A stretch of 41,228 nucleotides of DNA, counting the filler, from Chloroflexota bacterium (GTDB taxonomy: Bacteria > Chloroflexota > Chloroflexia > QHBQ01): NCBI GenBank assembly GCA_043754535.1. It is 2 parts of 2 records of this genome, joined end to end, with 100 filler letters (N's around TTAATTAATTAA, not from the genome) between each part and the next. Parts side by side here need not be neighbours in the genome. Positions count along the whole stretch, not along the records: positions 1 to 20,831 come from JAYUUN010000131.1; 1 more part is not named here. One strand, 5' to 3'. A model generated the notes under the pieces. The model was not told where the DNA came from. It did not search any database and worked only from the letters and a program-made list of their open reading frames with translations. Of the stretch, positions 9,785 to 19,881 are shown piece by piece (position 1 is the stretch's first letter; each line of letters opens with the position of its first letter). Made by a program: the position numbers and the translations under genes.

Positions 9785-9835
9785 TTGTCATCTTGCCCCT
9801 GTGTGGGTGATAGTAAAAGAAGGAGCTTTGCAACT

Positions 9836-10084
9836 ATGCGGACTGCGATCAAGTATTTCACCATCGGCCTGCTGGCCGCCCTTTTCTTCAGCCCCAAGAG
9901 CGGTGAGGAGAACCGTGCTGAGTTCAGCAAGATGCTCAAGGGCTATGCTGGCACCCTGATGGGTAAGCAGGCAGAGATCACCCACGACCTCGGCTCCCGA
10001 CTGGGGGAGCAGGTGCCAGCCCTCGGCAAGGTAGTCAATACTGCTGCCGATAAACTCGACGACGCGGCTGGCACCCTGCAATAA
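9836..10084 (+). CDS. Small YtxH-like protein
   Basis: GLLAALFFSPKSGEENR motif; AAGGAG Shine-Dalgarno. Confidence 0.75.
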   Translation: MRTAIKYFTIGLLAALFFSPKSGEENRAEFSKMLKGYAGTLMGKQAEITHDLGSRLGEQVPALGKVVNTAADKLDDAAGTLQ

Positions 10085-10125
10085 GCAGGCTGGCCGCTAG
10101 CTAGGGTGCTAGAAAGGGATTCGCC

Positions 10126-10884
10126 ATGTTGCCAGTTGGTGACGAGACCGGGAAGCGAAATCATGCCTTCCCGATCATTAACATCAGCATCATTGCTCTC
10201 AACTTCCTCGTCTTCTTCTACGAGTTGAGCCTGGGCGGTGGGCTAGATCGCTTCATCACTGGCTACGGCAACATCCCCTACGAGATGGTACACGGCGTTG
10301 ACCTGGTCGGGCGTGTTTACGGTGGGGTGCCGCAGTTTGCTGGCCCCACCCCGATCTATCTCACCTTGCTCACCTCGATCTTTATGCACGGTGGCTGGGC
10401 GCACATCCTGGGCAATATGCTCTACCTGTTCATCTTCGGCGACAACGTGGAAGATGGCATGGGCGCACTGCCCTACTTCGTCTTCTATCTCCTCAGTGGG
10501 CTGGCCGCCAGCGCGACCCAGATCGTGGTCGTTCTCGTCTCCAGCGGCAACGAGTTCATCCCCAGCGTGGGGGCTAGCGGCGCAATTGCGGGCGTACTGG
10601 GCGCATATCTAGTCATGTTCCCCAGGGCGCAGGTACGGGTGCTGCTCACCCTCGGCTTCTTCTTCTACATGACGCGGATAGCGGCAGTGTTCGTCCTCGG
10701 CTTCTGGTTCGTGATGCAGTTGTTCAGCGGGGTAGCCGACCTGACCCCCAACACGGCACAGACGGGGGGCGGGGTGGCATTCTGGGCGCACATTGGCGGG
10801 TTCGCCTTTGGTGCCCTGGTTGCCCTCATCTTCTTCCGCGAACGCAGCCAGCCGAACTATGGCTACGACCAACCGCGCCAGTAA
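10126..10884 (+). CDS. Rhomboid family intramembrane serine protease
   Basis: FMHGGWAHILGNM, GASGAIAG, AFWAHIGGF. Confidence 0.95.
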   Translation: MLPVGDETGKRNHAFPIINISIIALNFLVFFYELSLGGGLDRFITGYGNIPYEMVHGVDLVGRVYGGVPQFAGPTPIYLTLLTSIFMHGGWAHILGNMLYLFIFGDNVEDGMGALPYFVFYLLSGLAASATQIVVVLVSSGNEFIPSVGASGAIAGVLGAYLVMFPRAQVRVLLTLGFFFYMTRIAAVFVLGFWFVMQLFSGVADLTPNTAQTGGGVAFWAHIGGFAFGALVALIFFRERSQPNYGYDQPRQ

Positions 10885-10907
10885 GCAGTGGGTTGGTGCT
10901 GGTGTGT

Positions 10908-10930
10908 AGGGGCGGCTGACCGCCCTTTTC
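10908..10930 (+). terminator. Intrinsic terminator after the rhomboid gene
   Basis: AGGGGCGG-CTGA-CCGCCCCT-TTT. Confidence 0.65.
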
Positions 10931-11100
10931 GCCGCCAGCTAGAGCCGTGATTGCTGGCAGCAGCTAGCAGGGCGTGACTGGACGAACAGGTTTGACCAGC
11001 AAATCTGCTGCCTCCGGAGCAAGTATTGACCGATCAGACCTGATCACCCTGGCCGCTTTTACCAATCTACCTCCACAGTTGGTGGACATGGGCCATTTTC

Positions 11101-11129
11101 TTGACATGGCAGCAAGAATGTGCTACGAT
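11101..11129 (+). promoter_or_regulatory. Sigma-70 promoter of the cold-shock gene
   Basis: TTGACA-N17-TACGAT with extended TG. Confidence 0.75.
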
Positions 11130-11212
11130 TCAAGGTAGCACGATAAGTGCAGGTCAGCCGCAAGCGATGCGGCGGGCTTCTTGTGTTCAGGCAGAAAGGT
11201 AAGTAAAGCAGC

Positions 11213-11521
11213 ATGAACGGTACGGTTAAGTGGTTTAACGACACCAAAGGGTTTGGTTTCATCCAGGCCGAAGATGGTCAGGATGTCTTCGTTCACTACA
11301 GCGCGATAGCCGAAAACGGCTTCAAGTCGCTGGCTCCGGGGCAGCCGGTGCAGTTCGAACTCGTGCAGGGGCCGAAGGGCTTGCAGGCGCAGAACGTGCT
11401 GAAGGCTGGCCCCGCCCCAACCCAGGGCGGCTACGAGCAAGAGAGCAATGGCAATCAGGGCGGCTACCAGCAGCAGAACAACAATCAGGGTGGCTACCCT
11501 AACTACGACGAGGAACGCTAA
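11213..11521 (+). CDS. Cold-shock protein with Q/N/G/Y-rich C-terminal tail
   Basis: GTVKWFN, KGFGFI (RNP1), DVFVHYSAI (RNP2). Confidence 0.95.
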   Translation: MNGTVKWFNDTKGFGFIQAEDGQDVFVHYSAIAENGFKSLAPGQPVQFELVQGPKGLQAQNVLKAGPAPTQGGYEQESNGNQGGYQQQNNNQGGYPNYDEER

Positions 11522-11534
11522 CCACCCCTTTAGT

Positions 11535-11569
11535 GCGACCCCACCTTCGCTGGTGGGGTCGTTTTTATT
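11535..11569 (+). terminator. Intrinsic terminator after the cold-shock gene
   Basis: GCGACCCCACC-TTCGCT-GGTGGGGTCGT-TTTTATT. Confidence 0.85.
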
Positions 11570-11573
11570 GCCT

Positions 11574-12464
11574 CTACTCGGTCACATCCGCTGTCTGGAT
11601 ACGCCAGAGCGAGAGGCCGATGCAACTGGCGCAGAGGATTAGCAGGTAGGCCAGAGCCTGCCAGCCACTGATGCTGACCAGCGAGAGGCTAACTGTCCCC
11701 CAACTGTGTGGATTGGCAGCGTGCAGCAATGCGCCCGTATTGTTGCCCACCAGGTACTCGCGGATGTGGCTGAGGCCGCCAAGCAAGCCACTCTGCGTAG
11801 CAGCGAGGGCGAGCAGTGGGTTGAGGAAGATGTTCTCTACGATGATATAACCGAGAGTAGCGACCACCCCGGCGATGGGCGAGCGGAAGAAGGTGGCGGC
11901 CAGGATGCCCAGCAGGCCAAAGCTCCACAAGGCCAGCGTCCCCGCCCCAAGCTGCATCAGGATTGTGGTCAGCCCTTCGCCGTTCAGCCACTCCTCGGCC
12001 TGTCCGCTGGGGAAGGTACCGACGAGCAGCCCACTAAGGATACCAACCAGAACCGCCATCAGCGCGGTGGCGAAGGCGAAGATCAGCATGATCACGATCT
12101 TGCTAACCCACAGGTTGATGCGCCCAGTGCCACGGGTGAGCATCAGGCGGATCGTACCCCAACCGTACTCATTGCCAACGCTGAGGGCAGCGATCACGCC
12201 GAGAGCCAGTGCGCCAAAGCCAGCGACGAAGTTCATGCTGCTGATGATTGCCCCAGGCAGGGTAGCACCACGCAGGATCATACTGCGGGCCATCTGCGCC
12301 CCCTGCCCTGCAGTGCCGCCTGCCCTATCATCTATCGCTGAGCCGCCCAGGTAGGTGAGTAGCACGGTAGCAGCGGCTAGTAGCACTAGTGGGATCAGCC
12401 AGGCCCAGGGCAGCGGGCGTTTGCGGAGCTTCATCCACTCCAGCGCGATCAGCTTGTTCATCAA
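11574..12464 (-). CDS. ABC-2 type transporter permease
   Basis: LEWMKLRKR N-terminus, GNEYGWGTIRLML motif, about 6 TM helices; overlaps the ATPase stop. Confidence 0.88.
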   Translation of the reverse strand: MMNKLIALEWMKLRKRPLPWAWLIPLVLLAAATVLLTYLGGSAIDDRAGGTAGQGAQMARSMILRGATLPGAIISSMNFVAGFGALALGVIAALSVGNEYGWGTIRLMLTRGTGRINLWVSKIVIMLIFAFATALMAVLVGILSGLLVGTFPSGQAEEWLNGEGLTTILMQLGAGTLALWSFGLLGILAATFFRSPIAGVVATLGYIIVENIFLNPLLALAATQSGLLGGLSHIREYLVGNNTGALLHAANPHSWGTVSLSLVSISGWQALAYLLILCASCIGLSLWRIQTADVTE

Positions 12465-13450
12465 CTTCTCCTTACCATGTTAGTGGCAGCGGCTGCGTCT
12501 ACTACCCCATCCTCCCCGGTTAGTTCGAGGAAGACCGATTCGAGGCTGGGCCGGTGGGGGGTAATTTCGCTAGCGAAGATGCCCGCCCGTGCCAACTGCT
12601 CGTTGATCGCGGCGGTGGTGTCGAAGTTGGCGTTTGCCACCAGGTAGCCCTCCACATTGCGGCTAATGCTGCTAACAAAGGGCAACCCCGCCAGCAGCCT
12701 GCCAGCTGCCTCCGGGTCTGGCACCCGCAACCAGATTTCGCCCGCCTGCCTGCCAGTGTCCGCCAGCAATGCGCTGACTGTCGTCTCCGTGATCAGCAGC
12801 CCCTGCTTGACGATGGCGACCCGGCTGGCGACCTGTTGCACCTCAAAGAGGTTGTGGCTGGTGATGAAGATTGTCTTGCCCAACCCCGCGAGGCGGTTGA
12901 TCAACTGGCGTATCTCTACCACGCCCGCCGGGTCGAGGCCGTTGCTTGGCTCGTCCAGCATGATCAGAGCAGGGTCGTTGAGTAGGGTGGCGGCAATCGC
13001 CAGCCGTTGCTTCATGCCCAGCGAGTAGGTCTTGAACTTGTCGTGATCGCGCTCGTTGAGATCAACCAGCTTCAGCACCTCGTCGATCCGTGCTTCGGTG
13101 TAGCCACCGCTGGCGAGACCGACGGCGCGTAGGTTATCGCGTCCGCTGAGGTAGGGGTAGAAGACGGGGGCTTCTACTATCGCTCCCACCCGGCGCAGCA
13201 GATCATCGCGGTGGGTGTGCAAATCCTGCCCAAACAGCGCAACCGTGCCAGTAGTGGGCGCGATCAAGCCGAGGAGCATCCGAATGGTGGTTGTCTTGCC
13301 CGCCCCATTGGGGCCGAGGAAGCCAAACACGTCGCCCTCCTGCACGCTAAGATCAAGGTTGTCAACCGCCTTGAGTGAGCCAAAATGCTTGCTCAAGCCG
13401 CGAGTGCTGATCACCGCCGCCCCCTGCCGCTCATCCTTCGTTTGCATCAT
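12461..13450 (-). CDS. ABC transporter ATP-binding protein (BcrA-like)
   Basis: GPNGAGKTT, YSLGMKQR signature, LDEPSNGLDP. Confidence 0.95.
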   Translation of the reverse strand: MMQTKDERQGAAVISTRGLSKHFGSLKAVDNLDLSVQEGDVFGFLGPNGAGKTTTIRMLLGLIAPTTGTVALFGQDLHTHRDDLLRRVGAIVEAPVFYPYLSGRDNLRAVGLASGGYTEARIDEVLKLVDLNERDHDKFKTYSLGMKQRLAIAATLLNDPALIMLDEPSNGLDPAGVVEIRQLINRLAGLGKTIFITSHNLFEVQQVASRVAIVKQGLLITETTVSALLADTGRQAGEIWLRVPDPEAAGRLLAGLPFVSSISRNVEGYLVANANFDTTAAINEQLARAGIFASEITPHRPSLESVFLELTGEDGVVDAAAATNMVRRS

Positions 13451-13552
13451 TCCTCCTGTAACTTGCCACTGTATCTATTGCTTGAGACAGCCCAACCTTG
13501 CTAACTGTTTCACCGTTGCTACAATTGTAGCACAATCCTGTATAATAGCAGC

Positions 13553-14767
13553 ATGACAAGCACACGCCTACTGCGGATTACGATGATCTCCCCCTTTGCG
13601 CTGACCCACAAGACTACTGGCCGAGAGCGCGCCATGCCGCTCGCCCGCGCTTTGGTGCAGCGCGGCCACCGGGTGCGCCTGCTGGTGCCTGCCTGGGACG
13701 ACCCAGCGCAGGCCGGACGGCGGTGGCTAGATGGGGGTGTGCGGGTAGAGTGCGTGCCGCTGCCAGCCCCACTGCTGCTGCGCCTGCCGCTGTTGTTGGC
13801 TCGCAGGGCAGCACACAAGACAGATGTGGTTCACGTCTTCAAGCCGAAAGCCTATGCTGGGCTGGCTGCCAGCTTGCTGCACCTGCGCCACGCCCGCTGG
13901 CTGCTCGACCACGACGACTGGGAGGGTCGCGGCGGCTGGAACGACGCAAACCCCTACAGCACTGCTCAGCGGCGGCTGTTCCAGTGGCAAGAGCAGACCT
14001 TGCCCCGTCAAGCCTCGGCTGTCACCGTCGCTAGCCGCACTTTGGAGGCGCAGGTGTGGGGGTTGGGCCAGCAGCACACCTACTACCTGCCGAACGGCGC
14101 AGAGCGGGCTAGATACGTTCCCTGGTTGACGGCAGCCAACCCCGCAGCAGTGGCGGCGCGCCGCGCAGAGTTGGGGCTTACCAACGCACCAACCGTATTG
14201 CTCTACACTCGCTTCATCGAGTTTGGTCTAGACTGGCTGCTGGCTTATCTCAAGCGGCTGGCAGAGCAGGTGGTGGGCGTGCGCCTGCTGGTGGTTGGTA
14301 GCGGCTTCTTCGGTGAGGAGGCTACCTTGTTGCGGGCAGCAGCGGCGGCTGGGTTGAGCGCGCAAGTTGTCCACCAGCCGGTTGCTGCCGGGTGGCTAGC
14401 TGATGGCACGCTGGCTCGCACGCTAGCCTGTGCTGATATGGCGATCTTCCCCATGCGCGACAACCTGATCAACCGCAGCAAGTGCAGCGTGCGGATGATT
14501 GACGCACTGGCGATGGGCCTCCCGCTGGTCGCTGACCGCGTGGGCCAGCAGGCCGAGTACGTGGCGCATAACGAGACGGGGCTGCTAGTCGAGCCGAGCG
14601 ACCTGGCTGGCTTTGTGGCCGCCAGCAGTCGCCTGCTACATAACCCTCAGCTACGCACCGAGTTTGGACTGGCAGCGCAAGTCAGACTCTGGCGGCTTTT
14701 CGATTGGGCGCAACTCGCTACCATCGCCGAGGCCGCCTATCGGTTCGTGGTCGATCCCAGCGGCTAG
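13553..14767 (+). CDS. Glycosyltransferase family 4
   Basis: GT-B features ALVQRGHRV, LPNG, DALAMGLPLVA, ETGLLVEP. Confidence 0.88.
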   Translation: MTSTRLLRITMISPFALTHKTTGRERAMPLARALVQRGHRVRLLVPAWDDPAQAGRRWLDGGVRVECVPLPAPLLLRLPLLLARRAAHKTDVVHVFKPKAYAGLAASLLHLRHARWLLDHDDWEGRGGWNDANPYSTAQRRLFQWQEQTLPRQASAVTVASRTLEAQVWGLGQQHTYYLPNGAERARYVPWLTAANPAAVAARRAELGLTNAPTVLLYTRFIEFGLDWLLAYLKRLAEQVVGVRLLVVGSGFFGEEATLLRAAAAAGLSAQVVHQPVAAGWLADGTLARTLACADMAIFPMRDNLINRSKCSVRMIDALAMGLPLVADRVGQQAEYVAHNETGLLVEPSDLAGFVAASSRLLHNPQLRTEFGLAAQVRLWRLFDWAQLATIAEAAYRFVVDPSG

Positions 14768-15019
14768 CCCACCCTGTCATCTGGCAGGGTGCTGATAGGC
14801 TGGCTACAGTTAGCAGCACCGCTCCGTGGCGACAAACCGTGCTGGCCCTGGCTACGTATAACAAGCATAGGTGGCTGGCAACAACATCCACTGCTTTCTA
14901 ACCCGCCTCTTACACATGGCTAGCGACAAAAGTAGCAACGGGTGCGGTTGATGCGTTATAATACGGGCAATACCATATTGGCGCGACATTCCCCAAATCC
15001 TTGAACAAGAGAAGAAACC

Positions 15020-17065
15020 ATGAACACAAGAAGAATGCTCGGTATCGTCGTCGTTCTCACCTTGCTGATCCTAGTGGTGCCAACCGTGCTGTTCTCGGTC
15101 AGCGACGGTTCTGGGGTAGGTAATCCACGCTCCTCTCTGCTGATCACCGAACTGGTCGCACAGGTAAGGGGCGGCAAGGTCTGCAAGTTGCTCTACTACC
15201 CCCCGATCCGAGTGCGAGCGGTCTACAAGGATACTGACGGCTCCTGCCCCACCCCTCCCAGCCAGAACCAGTTGCAGAGTTCGCGTATCAGCAACATGGA
15301 GGGTGGCACCGAAACCAGCCTGCAAGGTTATCTGCTGGCGAACGGGGTTGCCGTCGCTGCTTTGCCAGAGATTGAGGTGGTTACTGCTGACAACCTCGGC
15401 TTTGGTGCAGTCTTGCAGACTACCCTGCCGCTGCTGCTGCTAGCTATCGTCTTCATCGTCGTCCTCAACCGGGCTGCCCGCCGCAACGGCAAGGGCGAAG
15501 GTAGTGAGGGCAACGAGAAGGGTGAAGGCGACCGCGAGGGGGGTGGCAACGGGCGCAATAGCAACGACCCGCTGATGAACTTTGGTCGAAGCCGCGCCCG
15601 CTTCTACAAGAAGTTTGTGCGCCCCACCGTCACCTTCGCCGACGTAGCTGGCATTGATGAGGCGAAGGTGGAATTGAGCGAGGTGGTCGAGTTCCTGCGT
15701 GAGCCAGAGCGGTTCGCAGCCCTGGGGGCGCGTATCCCTCGTGGGGTGCTGCTGATCGGCCAGCCAGGGATGGGCAAGACGCTGATCGCTAAGGCCTTGG
15801 CTGGTGAGGCCAACGTTCCATTCTTCAGCATCAGCGGCTCAGAGTTCGTCGAACTATTCGCGGGCGTGGGTGCAAGCCGAGTGCGCGACCTGTTTGCCCA
15901 GGCTAAGCGCAACGCCCCCTGTATCATCTTCATTGACGAGATCGATGCAGTAGGCCGTCAGCGCGGTACTGGCCCCTCGATCAACGACGAGCGCGAGCAA
16001 ACCCTCAACCAGGTTTTGGTAGAGATGGACGGCTTCGACACCCGCACCAACGTGATCGTGGTCGCGGCCACCAACCGCCCCGACATCCTCGACCAGGCAC
16101 TCCTACGCCCTGGTCGCTTTGACCGCCAGGTGCGGGTGGATGCGCCGGACGCGAAGGGTCGCGAGCAGATTCTGCGCGTCCACTCGCGGGGCAAGCCGCT
16201 GGCGACCGATATCGACCTTCCTGCCCTTGCCCGCCTCACTGCTGGCTTCAGCGGGGCCGATCTTGCCAACGTGATGAACGAGGGAGCGATCCTTGCAGCC
16301 CGCCGGGCGCGCAAGACGATCAGCATGAGCGAGGTAGAGGAGGCGATTGATCGGGTAATTGGCGGCCCCGCCCGCGTCAGCCGCCAGATCAGCGACAGCC
16401 AGCGCAGATTGGCTGCCTACCACGAGGTCGGCCACGCCATCGTCGCCCGTATGTTGGCGAACACCGACCCGGTGCAGAAGCTAACGATTGTGCCGCGGGG
16501 CCGGGCTGGGGGCTTTACCCGCACCGTGCCAGATGAGGGTTACGAGCGGCAGTACCTCAGCCAGGGTGAGTTGCGCGACATGATCGCCTTCGCCCTGGGC
16601 GGCACCGTAGCCGAGGAGATCGTGCTGGGCGAGGCTAGCACGGGAGCCAGCAGCGATATCGCCCGCGCCAGCAATATTGCGCGCAAGATGATCCAGCAGT
16701 TTGGCATGAGCAAGCGGTTCGGTCCACTCAGCCTGGTGGATAGCCAGGGACGTACCAACTTCAGTGACCAGATGGCCTACAGCATAGACCTTGAGATTCA
16801 AGGCCTGCTCAACGAGGGCCACCAGCGGGCCTTCAAGATACTGACCGAGAATCGTGCGCTGGTCGAGGTGATCACCAACGCCCTGTTGGAGAAGGAGAGC
16901 CTGGGCGGGCCAGAGTTCGAGGGCTTCTTCCCCACCCCACGCCCGAAGCCGACTGCCCCTAATATCCCCCCTCCCGGTGGCGGGCAGGACGATTGGAAGC
17001 CAAGCGGCGTGCTGCTGCAACCACACTTCGATCACTACTCTGACCGCTCAAGCCAGGGAGAGTAA
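15020..17065 (+). CDS. ftsH: ATP-dependent zinc metalloprotease FtsH
   Basis: Two TM helices, TFADVAG, Walker [19 protein letters not shown], second region of homology RPGRFDR, HEVGH. Confidence 0.95.
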   Translation: MNTRRMLGIVVVLTLLILVVPTVLFSVSDGSGVGNPRSSLLITELVAQVRGGKVCKLLYYPPIRVRAVYKDTDGSCPTPPSQNQLQSSRISNMEGGTETSLQGYLLANGVAVAALPEIEVVTADNLGFGAVLQTTLPLLLLAIVFIVVLNRAARRNGKGEGSEGNEKGEGDREGGGNGRNSNDPLMNFGRSRARFYKKFVRPTVTFADVAGIDEAKVELSEVVEFLREPERFAALGARIPRGVLLIGQPGMGKTLIAKALAGEANVPFFSISGSEFVELFAGVGASRVRDLFAQAKRNAPCIIFIDEIDAVGRQRGTGPSINDEREQTLNQVLVEMDGFDTRTNVIVVAATNRPDILDQALLRPGRFDRQVRVDAPDAKGREQILRVHSRGKPLATDIDLPALARLTAGFSGADLANVMNEGAILAARRARKTISMSEVEEAIDRVIGGPARVSRQISDSQRRLAAYHEVGHAIVARMLANTDPVQKLTIVPRGRAGGFTRTVPDEGYERQYLSQGELRDMIAFALGGTVAEEIVLGEASTGASSDIARASNIARKMIQQFGMSKRFGPLSLVDSQGRTNFSDQMAYSIDLEIQGLLNEGHQRAFKILTENRALVEVITNALLEKESLGGPEFEGFFPTPRPKPTAPNIPPPGGGQDDWKPSGVLLQPHFDHYSDRSSQGE

Positions 17066-17069
17066 GTCG

Positions 17070-17723
17070 GTGCTGATCCAACTGTTTGAGAGTGAGTTGC
17101 TGGGGGCTATCGCCTACCTCGTCGCGGATGAAGCGGCGGGGGAGGCGATTGTGGTTGATGCCCCCTATGGCGTGACAGCGGAGATTGCCGCCTTCCTCCA
17201 GGCGCAGGGTTGGCGGCTGTGCAGCGTGGTCAATACCCACGGCCACTTCGACCACATCGCTGACAACGCGGCCCTGGTTGCAGCTACTGGCGCAGAACTG
17301 GCCTGCCACCGTAACGAGATTGCGCGCCTGACCATGCCAGAGACGCTCGGCTTCCCCCTCCCCTTCAGCCTGCAACCGTCGCAGCCAACCCGCCCGCTGC
17401 AAGAGGGTGACGTGCTGGCGGCGGGTAGTCTGCGCTTGACAGTGCTGCACACTCCCGGCCACACGCCGGGGAGTATCTGCCTCTACGCTGCGGATGCTGG
17501 GCTGCTGTTCACTGGCGATACCCTGTTTGCTGGCACTTACGGGCGCACCGACCTACCCGGCGGCGACGAAGCCACTATGTTCGCTACCCTCACCCGCCTC
17601 AGTAGCCTGCCTGCGGAGACGAAGTTCTTCCCCGGCCACGGTGAGGATAGCACTATCGGGGCCGAACAGCCCTGGTTGGAGCGGGTGCGGATGCTCGCGA
17701 GGTACAGCAATGACGCAAGCTGA
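17070..17723 (+). CDS. MBL-fold metallo-hydrolase (glyoxalase II-like)
   Basis: THGHFDH, HTPGHTPG, FTGDTLF, PGHG; GTG start 4 nt after ftsH. Confidence 0.92.
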   Translation: MLIQLFESELLGAIAYLVADEAAGEAIVVDAPYGVTAEIAAFLQAQGWRLCSVVNTHGHFDHIADNAALVAATGAELACHRNEIARLTMPETLGFPLPFSLQPSQPTRPLQEGDVLAAGSLRLTVLHTPGHTPGSICLYAADAGLLFTGDTLFAGTYGRTDLPGGDEATMFATLTRLSSLPAETKFFPGHGEDSTIGAEQPWLERVRMLARYSNDAS

Positions 17724-18390
17724 AGCGCATGGCACCCACCTCTACCTGATCCGCCACGGGCAGGCTGCCAATAATGTGCAGCCCATCATTGCCGGGCCGA
17801 AGGGGAATACCCCCCTGACTGACCTGGGCCGTCGCCAGGCCGAAGCCCTGCGCGAGCGGCTGGCGGGCGGCGAGATACGCGCCGATCTGCTGATCAGCAG
17901 CAGTTTGCGGCGGGCAGTGGAGACGGCGGCGATCATCGCTCCTGCCCTCGGCCTCCAAGTGCAGAGTGACCACCGCCTACATGAGATCGACGCGGGTGAG
18001 GGTGACGGGATGTTGCAGGCTGACCTCTACGCCAGGTACGGCACGCCCGACTTTGAGCTTGATGCCTTGCGCCCGATAGCGGAGGGGGCGGAGAGTTGGG
18101 CTAGCTTCATGCTGCGCGTGGGCCGCGAGATCAGCCGTGTCGCAGCCGAGAGCGTGGGCAAGACGGTGGTGATCGTTACGCACGGCGGCTTCATCGAAGG
18201 GACGTTTAGCTACTTCTTCAAGCTCAACCCGCTCGAACTGCCACCGGTCAGCTTCTACGTGCAGAACACCTCTCTAACCCACTGGCACCACACCGCAGCC
18301 ACCCACTGGCACACCTGGACGCGTCACAGCCGTCCCCGTTGGCAGCTAGTTAGCTACAACGACGCGGCCCACCTCAGCCAGGTACGATGA
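17710..18390 (+). CDS. Histidine phosphatase (phosphoglycerate mutase family)
   Basis: LIRHGQ, SSLRRAVETA, VTHGG. Confidence 0.92.
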   Translation: MTQAEAHGTHLYLIRHGQAANNVQPIIAGPKGNTPLTDLGRRQAEALRERLAGGEIRADLLISSSLRRAVETAAIIAPALGLQVQSDHRLHEIDAGEGDGMLQADLYARYGTPDFELDALRPIAEGAESWASFMLRVGREISRVAAESVGKTVVIVTHGGFIEGTFSYFFKLNPLELPPVSFYVQNTSLTHWHHTAATHWHTWTRHSRPRWQLVSYNDAAHLSQVR

Positions 18391-18452
18391 GTAGCCGCGC
18401 AGTCGGGAATCTTGCAGCTCAGGCGATGATATGGTATAGTAACTACACGATC

Positions 18453-18630
18453 AACCCTGCGGTTCTCGTGATGTCCCTTATTGCTTTGTCTACAAGGTTC
18501 TACTAGGGAACCACGTGCTGATGGCTATTGCGTATGCCTCCCTCTGTTGGTAACGCATCCGGCTTCGGCGCAGTTCCCACCTATCTTCGGGTAGGTCAAA
18601 GCAAGCGGGACACACGGCCCACGCGGGGTT
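18453..18630 (+). ncRNA. ssrS: 6S RNA
   Basis: About 180-nt rod: AACCCTGCG/CGCGGGGTT, TGTCCC/GGGACA, GCTTTG/CAAAGC, central bubble, GGGAAC/GTTCCC; preceded by TTGCAG-N17-TATAGT and followed by a T-run. Confidence 0.85.
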
Positions 18631-18685
18631 TTTCTGATCCACCGCCCAGCCCTTAGTCCTCTCTTACAGCCGGGAAAGAAAACCG

Positions 18686-19783
18686 ATGCCCACTTATGCC
18701 CTCTACGGCCCCGACCGCTATACCATGCAGCAGCAGACCGAGCGGCTGTTGGAGCAGTACCTGCCAGCAGCAGAGGGGATGCGCGCCCTGGCCCTGGCCC
18801 GCCTTGATTGCGCGAAGGTTGGCAGTGAGGAGGTAGTGCAGGCAGTGCAGGCTCTGCCCTTCCTTGGTGGCTGGCGGGTGACTATCCTCGACGGTCTCTT
18901 TGCTCGCTTCGGCAGGCTCAAGGCCGAGGGTGAGGAGGATGAAACCTCCGCGCCAGAGCAGCCGAAGAAGGGGCGCAAGAGCAAAGATACCCCACTTGAT
19001 GCCCTGGATACCATCGGGGCGACCCTGACCAGCCTGCCAGAGAGTAGCGTGGTCATCCTGCGTGACACGATCATGCCGAAGAAGGATGGGCGGCAAACTG
19101 TTCTCAAGCTGCCCGGCAACCACCGCCTGACCAAGTATCTCAAGGGGGCGACCGAGGTGCAGTGTAGCACGCCGCAGGGAATCCAACTGCTGCGCTGGAT
19201 TGAGCAGCGGGTCAAGGCGGCGGGGGCGACGATCAACGAGGAAGCCGCCCGCTTGCTGGCCGAGGGCATGGACGAGGAGAGCGACCTCAGCCGCCTGGCT
19301 TTGGAGATCGAGAAGCTGGCGATCTATACTGGGGTTGGTGGCCGCATTGACCCCCCCACCGTGCGCTTGTTGACCAGCAGCAGTATCCAGGATGACGTGT
19401 TCAAGCTGGTCAACGCGATGGCGGCCAAGAACAGCGGTGACGCATTGCGCCAACTTGCTCTGCTGCTTGAGGGCGGTACCCACCCCTTCCAACTGCTCAG
19501 TACTATTGCCTGGCAGTTCCGCAACCTGCTGCTGGTCAAGGAACTGGCCCAGCAGAAGCTAGGGCAGGATGCGATTGCGAGCAAGCTGGGCATGAACCCC
19601 TTTGTTGTGCGCCGTAGCCTGGAGCAGGTTCACGCCTTCAGCCTCGACCAACTGCGGGCGATCCACCGCCGCCTGCTCGACTTCGACGTTGCCGCCAAGA
19701 GCAGCATGATCGAACCAGAATTGGGGCTAGAACTGCTAGTTACCGAAGTCTGTCGCCCCGTCCCTACCCTCAGCCGCCGTTAG
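18686..19783 (+). CDS. holA: DNA polymerase III subunit delta
   Basis: YALYGPD, LPFLGGWRV, LEIEKLAIY, VFKLVNA, QFRNLL, NPFVVRR. Confidence 0.88.
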   Translation: MPTYALYGPDRYTMQQQTERLLEQYLPAAEGMRALALARLDCAKVGSEEVVQAVQALPFLGGWRVTILDGLFARFGRLKAEGEEDETSAPEQPKKGRKSKDTPLDALDTIGATLTSLPESSVVILRDTIMPKKDGRQTVLKLPGNHRLTKYLKGATEVQCSTPQGIQLLRWIEQRVKAAGATINEEAARLLAEGMDEESDLSRLALEIEKLAIYTGVGGRIDPPTVRLLTSSSIQDDVFKLVNAMAAKNSGDALRQLALLLEGGTHPFQLLSTIAWQFRNLLLVKELAQQKLGQDAIASKLGMNPFVVRRSLEQVHAFSLDQLRAIHRRLLDFDVAAKSSMIEPELGLELLVTEVCRPVPTLSRR

Positions 19784-19881
19784 GCCGCAGTTTGCAAACA
19801 GCCTTCTATTTTGTGCGCGCCGCCTCGTGTGGTAGAATAAGGGGGCGGCGTGTACATTGGCTGCGCCTCTTGGAGCAAACA

